Positions 18,767-25,795 of a stretch of 32,000 bases of DNA are shown here, piece after piece. This stretch comes from Schaalia meyeri (lineage in GTDB: Bacteria > Actinomycetota > Actinomycetes > Actinomycetales > Actinomycetaceae): NCBI RefSeq assembly GCF_900105015.1, contig NZ_FNLK01000005.1, forward strand, positions 1 to 32,000. The letters are read 5' to 3'. The stretch's first letter is position 1. Each line of letters starts with the position of its first letter. The notes beneath the pieces are model-generated. The model had not been told where the DNA came from. It worked only from the letters and a program-made list of their open reading frames with translations, and ran no database searches. A program made the position numbers and the translations under genes.

Positions 18767-19233
18767 TCGTTCTCTTCCCCGGGTCCTTCGATCCCTTCAC
18801 GCTCGGCCATCTGGACGTGGCCGAGCGGGCCGCCGCAGTGGCCGAGCGCCTCATCATCGGAGTCGGGACCAATCCGCTCAAGCGGGGATTCATATCTCCC
18901 CGGGCGCGCGTCACGCTGATCGCGGCGGCCACCTCCCACTTGGCAAACGTTGAGGTGGTCCTGCTTCGCGGCGCCACCGTGGACGAGGCTACCCGGCTGG
19001 GCGCCGGCCTCATCGTCAAGGGCGTGCGCTCCTTGCTGGATGTGGACTACGAGTTGCCGCAGGCGGCGCTCAACTACGAGGCCGGAGGCGTGGACACATG
19101 GTGGATTCCGACCCGCCCCGCGCTCGCACACGTATCCTCGGGGGCCGTGCGCGAGCTTCTCGGTCTCAAAAAGGATGTTTCCCGGTATGTCCCGCCAGCG
19201 GTCGAGCGCTATCTGACCGACAATAGAAACTGA
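18763..19233 (+). CDS. coaD: Pantetheine-phosphate adenylyltransferase
   Basis: FPGSFDPFTLGHLDV motif. The GTG overlaps the rsmD stop (GTGA). Confidence 0.93.
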   Translation: MIVLFPGSFDPFTLGHLDVAERAAAVAERLIIGVGTNPLKRGFISPRARVTLIAAATSHLANVEVVLLRGATVDEATRLGAGLIVKGVRSLLDVDYELPQAALNYEAGGVDTWWIPTRPALAHVSSGAVRELLGLKKDVSRYVPPAVERYLTDNRN

Positions 19234-19263
19234 ATAGTGCCCGGTGGAACGCAGGAGGAGCCC

Positions 19264-19974
19264 ATGGCCGACACGCCCGAAGACACGACTCAGGACGAAT
19301 GGAACGAGGAAACCGTCTACGGTCCCTCCACCGTGATTGCCGCGCTCGACCAGATCGAAGATCTCGTTGAATCCTCACGAGCGGTCCCCCTCTCCGCGTC
19401 GATCATGGTCAATAAGGCCGAGATCCTGGACCTGCTCGATCAGGCGCGCGAGGCCCTTCCCGAGGATCTCGTCGCGGCCGACGCGGTCGTCGCCGACGCC
19501 GACGCCGTTTTGGGGCGCGCAGACTCTGCCGCCGAAACCCGCATCGCCGAAGCAAACTCGCGGGCCTCCTCCACCCTGGATCAGGCAAACGAGCGAGCCG
19601 CCCAGATCCGCTCCGATGCGGAAGAGGAAGCTGAGCGCACGCGGTCGCGGGCTAATGACGAAGCGACGGCGCTGGTGTCGCAGGCGCGTTCCGACGCCGA
19701 GGCCACCATCGCCGACGCGAACGCCCAGGCCGCGCGTATCGTATCCACGGAGAACATCGTGCGCATGGCCGAGGATCGCGCTCGCGATATCGTCTCGGAG
19801 GCAAAGCGTTCCGCTGCCTCGCTGCGTGAGGGGGCCGACGACTACGTCGCCTCTTCCCTCGACGAACTGGCGCACCTCATCTCGGATCTGTCGCGGCGCA
19901 CGGATGCAGGCCGTCGCACCATTGCCGAGCGACGCGGCGTTGACGTCACCAACGTGGATCTGACTGATGAGTGA
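19264..19974 (+). CDS. DivIVA-family coiled-coil protein, SepIVA (Rv2927c)-like
   Basis: The N-terminal segment VIAALDQIEDLVESSRAVPLSASIMVNKAEILDLLDQAREALPEDL resembles my recollection of mycobacterial SepIVA, followed by an A/D/E/R-rich coiled coil. Its position upstream of yceD-rnc matches Rv2927c-Rv2926c-Rv2925c. ATG at 19264 after AGGAGGAG. Confidence 0.65.
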   Translation: MADTPEDTTQDEWNEETVYGPSTVIAALDQIEDLVESSRAVPLSASIMVNKAEILDLLDQAREALPEDLVAADAVVADADAVLGRADSAAETRIAEANSRASSTLDQANERAAQIRSDAEEEAERTRSRANDEATALVSQARSDAEATIADANAQAARIVSTENIVRMAEDRARDIVSEAKRSAASLREGADDYVASSLDELAHLISDLSRRTDAGRRTIAERRGVDVTNVDLTDE

Positions 19975-20518
19975 GCATCCGCTGACCCTCTCCCTGGCGC
20001 GCCTACCGCGCGCGCTCGGGTCAACCCTTCACCGGGACATCGTGTGGGTTGCCCCCGATGACCTGGGGACGCCATCGATGTCGGTGGCCACCGGAACGCC
20101 TCTGGATGTGGCAGTGGACATGACCAGCGTCAAGGACGGCGTCCTCGTCCAGCTGTCCACCTCCGTTGACCTCGTGGGTGAGTGCGTGCGCTGCCTGGAC
20201 GAGGTCAGGGAGCACCACGACGTGTCCAGCGGCGAGGTGTATTTCGAGCCCGACGGTCCCGCCTCGAACGACGAGGACGAGGGTCTTTTCGTCATCGGCG
20301 AGCGCGACACGGTATCGATCGAAACGCAACTGCGTGACGCTATCGTCCCGCTGGTGGATCCGCGTCCCCTGTGTCGCCCCGACTGTGCGGGGCTGTGCGA
20401 TGTGTGCGGCGAGAAGTGGGCGGACCTGCCGCGCGACCACGAGCATTGTGTCGTCGATCCGCGCCTGGCTTCCCTGGCGTCTTTGCTGGGAGATTCTCCC
20501 GAGCAGGGGCGATCCTGA
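19967..20518 (+). CDS. yceD: YceD family (DUF177) protein
   Basis: Cys motifs CVRCLDEV ... CRPDCAGLCDVCGEKW. The ATG overlaps the upstream gene by 8 nt. Confidence 0.85.
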   Translation: MSEHPLTLSLARLPRALGSTLHRDIVWVAPDDLGTPSMSVATGTPLDVAVDMTSVKDGVLVQLSTSVDLVGECVRCLDEVREHHDVSSGEVYFEPDGPASNDEDEGLFVIGERDTVSIETQLRDAIVPLVDPRPLCRPDCAGLCDVCGEKWADLPRDHEHCVVDPRLASLASLLGDSPEQGRS

Positions 20519-21243
20519 TGGGGCGTTCGAAGCATCTGCCCGTCCCCCCACGCACTGACACGGAAGCGCTGGTTACGGCATGGGGGACGCGTATCGATCC
20601 GCCGCTTTTGCATCTCGCCCTGGTGCACCGCAGCTACGCGAATGAAGCCGGGGGGATTGCGAATAACGAGCGCCTGGAGTTCCTGGGTGACTCGGTGCTC
20701 TCGATTGTGATCGCGCAGAAGCTTTACGAGCAGTATCCGGACGTCGCCGAGTCCGACCTGTCGCGCATGCGCGCAGCCACTGTGTCGCAGCAACCCCTGG
20801 CGGCGGCGGCTCGGCGCATCGACCTGGGTGCCTTCGTCTTCCTGGGCAAGGGTGAGTCCATGCACGGGGGCCGGGATAAGGATTCGATCCTCTCCGACAC
20901 CTTCGAAGCGTTGATTGGCGCAACATACCTGACCAGCGGGCTTGAGGAGGCACGTCGTGTCATCCTCGCGCGGCTGGGCTTCCTGCTCGTCGACGCGCCC
21001 TCGCGGGGGCACCACCAGGATTGGAAGACCCTCCTGGTCGAGTACGCTCAGGCCGAGGGGCTCGGTGAGGTGTCCTATGAGGTGGAGGGTGAAGGCCCGG
21101 ATCATCAGCGCGTGTTTACCGCGCGTGCCTTCGTGTCCGAGCGCTCCGAGGCTATCGGTTTGGGCCGGGCCTCGTCGAAGAAGCACTCGGAGAATGCAGC
21201 CGCGCGGGACGCGATGAATCGCCTGGCTCCGGAGGAGCAATAG
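20518..21243 (+). CDS. rnc: Ribonuclease III
   Basis: HRSYANE....NERLEFLGDSVL signature and a dsRBD C-terminus (KKHSENAAARDAM). The ATG at 20518 overlaps the yceD stop (TGATG). The track start at 20371 is rejected. Confidence 0.93.
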   Translation: MGRSKHLPVPPRTDTEALVTAWGTRIDPPLLHLALVHRSYANEAGGIANNERLEFLGDSVLSIVIAQKLYEQYPDVAESDLSRMRAATVSQQPLAAAARRIDLGAFVFLGKGESMHGGRDKDSILSDTFEALIGATYLTSGLEEARRVILARLGFLLVDAPSRGHHQDWKTLLVEYAQAEGLGEVSYEVEGEGPDHQRVFTARAFVSERSEAIGLGRASSKKHSENAAARDAMNRLAPEEQ

Positions 21244-21286
21244 TTACGTGAGGGCGTTTGCTCTCCCGACGGTTAGGATTGAACAC

Positions 21287-21934
21287 GTGAGTGAAAATAC
21301 GTCTGCGCGCACGCGCGTCATGATCGTTGACGATCACGAGATCGTTCGACGCGGTATTGCCGAGATCATTGACCGGGACGACGCCTTGGAGGTCGTCGCC
21401 GAGGCCGGTTCCGTCGCGGACGCGGTGCGGCGCGCGGACCTGGTTCGTCCCGACGTGATCTTAGTGGACCTGCAGCTTCCCGACGGGACCGGTATCGACA
21501 TCATGAATCAGTTGCGCTCCTCCCATCCGCAGATCCTCCCCGTCGTTCTCACCTCCTTCGATGACGACGAGGCATTGGCTGAGTCTCTCGAGGCCGGCGC
21601 GCGTGCCTATATCCTTAAGACCGTTCGCGGGGCCGAAATCACCGACGTCATCAAGGCGGTGGCGGACGGTCGCGTGCTGCTGGATGAACGCACGCTGACT
21701 CGTCGGCGCGTTGATCACGAGGATCCCACTGCCGACCTGACGCCCTCGGAGCGTAAGGTCTTGGATCTCATCGGGGATGGCCTGTCGAATCGAGAGATCG
21801 GCGAGAAGCTTGGGGTTGCGGAGAAAACCGTGAAGAATCACATCACGTCCCTCCTGTCGAAAATGGGGCTTCAGCGGCGCACGCAGGTGGCTGCGTGGGT
21901 GGCGGGGCAGCGGGCTGCGGCGTGGCGTAACTGA
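21287..21934 (+). CDS. NarL/LuxR-family response regulator, DosR/DevR-like
   Basis: The receiver domain VMIVDDHEIVRRG...VVAEAGSVADA...RPDVILVDLQLPDGTGID...LTSF..DEA and the HTH LTPSERKVLDLIGDGLSNREIGEKLGVAEKTVKNHITSLLSKMGLQRRTQVA closely parallel my recollection of M. tuberculosis DosR. The start is uncertain: GTG 21287 after AGGA is preferred, with GTG 21248 and ATG 21320 as alternatives. Confidence 0.85.
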   Translation: MSENTSARTRVMIVDDHEIVRRGIAEIIDRDDALEVVAEAGSVADAVRRADLVRPDVILVDLQLPDGTGIDIMNQLRSSHPQILPVVLTSFDDDEALAESLEAGARAYILKTVRGAEITDVIKAVADGRVLLDERTLTRRRVDHEDPTADLTPSERKVLDLIGDGLSNREIGEKLGVAEKTVKNHITSLLSKMGLQRRTQVAAWVAGQRAAAWRN

Positions 21935-21974
21935 ATCGGTGCTTTATTCCCCTCGGGGAGCGAAAGCTAGGGTG

Positions 21975-22003
21975 AGCGGGTCGGGGTCTCCGGCCCGCTT
22001 ATT
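21975..22003 (+). terminator. Intrinsic terminator after the response regulator gene
   Basis: AGCGGGTCGG (21975-21984) pairs with CCGGCCCGCT (21990-21999): 10 bp with one G-U, a 5-nt loop, then TTATT. Confidence 0.55.
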
Positions 22004-22133
22004 CGCGCGCGGGGGCGGGGAGCGGTATTTATGCCGCCAGTGTAGTTTTTAACTAAACAGGTGGGTCCCTGATTTTTGAGAAAGCTACTGTCAAACTGGT
22101 TTATGAAAAAGTCTAATGAGGTAGCGTTTCTGT

Positions 22134-22151
22134 GTCCTCACCGATGAGGAC
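22134..22151 (+). promoter_or_regulatory. Perfect 7-bp hairpin / inverted repeat in the fucosidase 5' region
   Basis: GTCCTCA ccga TGAGGAC, 26 nt upstream of the RBS, at the edge of a stretch of about 41% GC (22021-22140). Confidence 0.25.
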
Positions 22152-22189
22152 GGACATCGCAGTCCACTATCCCCTTGAAAGGACATCCC

Positions 22190-25100
22190 GTGAACCTCAA
22201 GCGAACGCTTGCCGGTCTTACGGCCGCTGCGGCGCTGGTGCTCGCACCCATGAGCGCCCCCGCCTTCGCCGATGAGCCACCCGCGCCCACCGGCGTTCCC
22301 GCAGCGGTCCCCCTCAGCAACACTCCCAAAATCGCCAACTGGCAACAGCTCCAATACGGACTGTTCATGCACTTCGGCGTCTACTCCCTCTACGGTGGCA
22401 ATTACAAGGGCCATCGTCAGCACATGGGTTACCCCGAGCAGATCAAGGCGTGGGAAAAGATCCCCACCGAAGAATACAAAGCCATGGCGAAGGGCCTGGC
22501 CTCCAACTTCGATGCCTCCGCCATCTGCAAAACCGCCCGCGACGCCGGCATGAAGTATCTGATGATCACGTCCAAGCATCACGATGGCTTTGCCATGTGG
22601 GACACCAAGACGACTGATTACAACATCGTGAAGCTCTCCGACTATGGGAAAGACCCGATGAAGGAGCTGTCCACCGAGTGCAACAAGCTCGGCGTGAAGA
22701 TGGCCTTCTACTTTTCCATCATCGACTGGACCAAGCACGAGCCCGAGCCTTACGGTAACCAGAACCCCATCACTGAAGAACTCATGACGGGCACCATCAA
22801 GCCCCAGATTACCGAGCTCCTCACGAACTATGGTCCCATCCAAGAGTTCTGGTTCGACATGGGAGGCCCGACCGCCGACCAGTCGCAGCGCATGGCTCAG
22901 TGGGTCCACGAGCTGCAGCCGGACACGATGGTCAACTCCCGTGTGTGGAACAAAGCCGGTGATTTCGAGGTCGGCGGAGACAACTCCGTGACCACCGATT
23001 TCCACATGGCTCCATGGGAATCGATCCGTTCCATCTTCCCCTCATGCTGGGGGTACTGTACCTGGGCCGACCGCAGTGCTTCTAGAAAGGGCACGAAGAT
23101 TCACGAACTGGTATCCAACCTGGTCGGCACCATCGCCTCGGGCGGCCAGTTTGCTTACAACATCGGGCCCAAGGGAGACGGAACGATTGAGGAGTTCGAC
23201 ACGAGTGTCGTGACCGAGGTCGGCTCCTGGTTAAAGCGCCACCCCGACGCTCTCACGGGCGCCCGCCCCACGTGGTTCCCCGCTCCGGACTGGGGCAAGG
23301 TCACGACCAAGGCAAACGCCCTGTACTTCATCCCCGAGGACTGGAAGGACGGCAAGACCCTCACGCTGCCCGGGGTCGGTAGCCGCGTCACCGGCGTGAC
23401 CGTTGACGGCACGGGCCGCGCCCTGGAGTACAAGCAAGACGGCACCACGCTGACCGTGACGGAATCCGGTGAGGATCCCGAACCCGGCCTGCGTCCCGTC
23501 ATCAAGGTGACCTTCGATGAGGAGCCCACCTACCTGCCGACGCAGACGGTGACGGCGGTCGACGGTGCGACCATCGCTGCGAACCAGTTCTTTGGGCGCG
23601 CCTCAGCCATGCGCTACTCCGGCGCTCAGACTTACGATGCCTACCTGGTCAACAAGGGCGACAAGCCCATCACCGAAATGACCCTGAAGTTCAGCGGCAA
23701 GTTCGCGGCCGAGACGGCCTACAAGATCACGCTCGGCACGACCTCAATCGAAGCCAGCGGCGCCCAGATCAACGCGGGAGAAGTCGGGCAGGGCTTCACC
23801 CTCGAACCCGGTAAGGTGACGCCCCTGCGCGTTGAGCTGGCTCACCCCGCATATTATGCGGATCCGATCGGTATCGGTGAGCCGAGTGCGACCATCCACG
23901 TCTATGGCGAGGGCTCGGACACCCAGCCGCCGGTCATCACCGAAAACCCCGCTTCCGTCTCCGTCACCGAGGGGGAGAACGCCACGTTTACGGTTGCCGC
24001 ATCAGGCAGGCCCGCGCCCACCATTGCTTGGTACCGCGTTCCCAAGGGCGCTACCGAGGGCACGCTGATCGAGGGGGCCACCGAGGCCTCGTACACGCTC
24101 AAGACGACGATTGACGATGACGGCGCGCAGTTCTATGCCGTCGCCACGAATTCCAACGGATCCACGACCTCGGCGCGCGCAACGCTGACCGTGACCAAGG
24201 CCAGCAACAACCTGGCCCTCAACAAGGCCGCATCCATGTCGTCCACGGGCTGGGGAGGCGTCGCCTCTCGCGCTGTTGACGGTAACACGGACGGCGTGTG
24301 GGACAACGGCTCGCTTGCCCACACGGGCAGGCAGGCAAACCCCTGGTGGGAGGTCGACCTCGGTCAGAACCATTACCTGGGCACCGTGAACGTATGGAAC
24401 CGTTCCGCCAGCGATGACTGCCAGGGAACGCCGTGCAACCAGCGGCTCCATGACTTCTGGGTTATCGCCTCGAAGGAACGACTCTCTGATACCTTTGACC
24501 CCGCCACGGCCGCAGAGGCAGACGGCGTTCACATGATCAAAGTTGAGGGAGTCGGTGGCCGACCCACTGCGGTTGACTTCAAGGGCGCCGACGCGCGCTA
24601 CATTCGCGTGCTCCAGCCGACGAGCCTCGGTGAGTTTGCCCTCGCAGAGGTGGAAGCATTCGCCGCACAGGGCTCTGATCCGGACCCGGAGGACAAGCCC
24701 GTCGCGCCTGAGATCCGGCCTCTGGCCGTGACCGCCAACCCGGCCAAGGACGCGCAGATCAACGGTGACGGCGCATTCCGTACCGTCACCGCCAAGAAGG
24801 GAACGCAGGTCACCATCAAGGCGACGGTGAGCGGGAAGCCCGACCCGACCCTGTCCTGGCAGATTAAGCGTAAGGGCAGCGACTCATGGGAGACCTTGGA
24901 CAAGGAGAAGGGTGCCGAACTCACGTTCGCCGTCGACGACGCGTATAACGGCGCGGTCATCCGTCTGACTGCCCGCAACGAGGCTGGCGCGGCCGAATCT
25001 GGTCTGGTGGCCATCGCTGTGGCATCCGATCCGGCACCCGACCCGACACCGGATCCGAAACCCGATCACACGGTCGGCACCTGGATGCACGACGGGATCG

Positions 25101-25687
25101 GATGGTGGTGGAAGATCACCGGAGGAGGATACGCCAAGAACGAGACCCTGACTCTGGGCGGGAGCGTCTATCGCTTCGATCACCACGGATACATGATTAC
25201 CGGGTGGGTCTACTGGGAGGGCGCCTGGCGCTACCACAACGACTCGGGTGCTCAGGTGAGCGGTTGGATGGGCCAGGACGGACGTTGGTTCTACCTCAGG
25301 CCCGATACGGGCGCGATGGTCACCGGTTGGGAGAAGATCGCTGACAAGTGGTATCTCTTCGCGTCCAACGGCGTGATGGTCACCGGTTGGAATAACGTCA
25401 ACGGCTCCTGGTACTACCTGGATCCGTCTGGCGCCATGCACACCGGCTGGCTGCAGCTGGGATCCACCTGGTACCTCCTGGAGGATAACGGGGCGATGGT
25501 GACGGGCTGGAAGCTGATGGGCGACACCTGGTACTACTTCGACGCTTCCGGCGCGATGGCCACGGGTTGGCTCCAGATCGGTAACCACTGGTACTACTTC
25601 GGCGAGGGTGGTGACATGTACACGGGACGCCACCAGATCGGGGGACGCTGGTACAACTTCGCCTCCTCGGGCGAATGGCTGGGGTGA
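22190..25687 (+). CDS. Secreted multidomain GH29 alpha-L-fucosidase: signal peptide, GH29, Ig-like domain, F5/8 type C (discoidin) domain, Ig-like domain, PDP linker, about 10 cell-wall-binding repeats
   Basis: Signal peptide VNLKRTLAGLTAAAALVLAPMSAPAFA/DE. GH29 motifs FMHFGVYSLYGG, KYLMITSKHHDGFAMWDTK and EFWFDMGG. Ig-like segments lie at about 23927-24195 and 24700-25020 (SG.P.PT..W). The discoidin-like segment at about 24200-24670 reads AVDGNTDG....PWWEVDLG....VNVWNR. The GTG at 22190, 6 nt after GAAAGGA, is preferred; the TTG at 22175 is the alternative. Confidence 0.85.
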   Translation: MNLKRTLAGLTAAAALVLAPMSAPAFADEPPAPTGVPAAVPLSNTPKIANWQQLQYGLFMHFGVYSLYGGNYKGHRQHMGYPEQIKAWEKIPTEEYKAMAKGLASNFDASAICKTARDAGMKYLMITSKHHDGFAMWDTKTTDYNIVKLSDYGKDPMKELSTECNKLGVKMAFYFSIIDWTKHEPEPYGNQNPITEELMTGTIKPQITELLTNYGPIQEFWFDMGGPTADQSQRMAQWVHELQPDTMVNSRVWNKAGDFEVGGDNSVTTDFHMAPWESIRSIFPSCWGYCTWADRSASRKGTKIHELVSNLVGTIASGGQFAYNIGPKGDGTIEEFDTSVVTEVGSWLKRHPDALTGARPTWFPAPDWGKVTTKANALYFIPEDWKDGKTLTLPGVGSRVTGVTVDGTGRALEYKQDGTTLTVTESGEDPEPGLRPVIKVTFDEEPTYLPTQTVTAVDGATIAANQFFGRASAMRYSGAQTYDAYLVNKGDKPITEMTLKFSGKFAAETAYKITLGTTSIEASGAQINAGEVGQGFTLEPGKVTPLRVELAHPAYYADPIGIGEPSATIHVYGEGSDTQPPVITENPASVSVTEGENATFTVAASGRPAPTIAWYRVPKGATEGTLIEGATEASYTLKTTIDDDGAQFYAVATNSNGSTTSARATLTVTKASNNLALNKAASMSSTGWGGVASRAVDGNTDGVWDNGSLAHTGRQANPWWEVDLGQNHYLGTVNVWNRSASDDCQGTPCNQRLHDFWVIASKERLSDTFDPATAAEADGVHMIKVEGVGGRPTAVDFKGADARYIRVLQPTSLGEFALAEVEAFAAQGSDPDPEDKPVAPEIRPLAVTANPAKDAQINGDGAFRTVTAKKGTQVTIKATVSGKPDPTLSWQIKRKGSDSWETLDKEKGAELTFAVDDAYNGAVIRLTARNEAGAAESGLVAIAVASDPAPDPTPDPKPDHTVGTWMHDGIGWWWKITGGGYAKNETLTLGGSVYRFDHHGYMITGWVYWEGAWRYHNDSGAQVSGWMGQDGRWFYLRPDTGAMVTGWEKIADKWYLFASNGVMVTGWNNVNGSWYYLDPSGAMHTGWLQLGSTWYLLEDNGAMVTGWKLMGDTWYYFDASGAMATGWLQIGNHWYYFGEGGDMYTGRHQIGGRWYNFASSGEWLG
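25076..25684 (+). repeat. Tandem repeats of about 60 nt (20 aa) encoding cell-wall/choline-binding-type repeats (CW_binding_1-like) within the fucosidase gene
   Basis: About 10 units of the pattern G.W.YF...G.M.TGW. The exact 16-mer GATGGTCACCGGTTGG occurs at 25315 and 25375, a 60-nt period. Confidence 0.75.
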
Positions 25688-25731
25688 TCCCGCGATGAGC
25701 GCGGGGTGGTGAACCGCCTCGCTTTGCAAAC

Positions 25732-25773
25732 CGTTGGGGGTGGCGTTTTCGATGCGAAACGCCACCCCCAACG
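25732..25773. terminator. Bidirectional terminator between the convergent fucosidase and histidine kinase genes
   Basis: Perfect 17-bp stem: CGTTGGGGGTGGCGTTT (25732-25748), an 8-nt loop, AAACGCCACCCCCAACG (25757-25773). An outer 9-bp pairing is also possible: ACCGCCTCG (25713-25721) with CGAGGCGGT (25786-25794). Confidence 0.7.
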
Positions 25774-25795
25774 TCGTGTGTTCACCGAGGCGGTG

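Noticed and set aside
21248-21286. Longer ORF-track starts for the response regulator (21248), the kinase (27535), rnc (20371), divIVA (1390), the DAK2 gene (14296) and recG (15918)
   Set aside because: The extensions are Arg-rich or non-conserved and overlap upstream genes. Internal starts coincide with RBS motifs, stop/start overlaps and conserved family N-termini.
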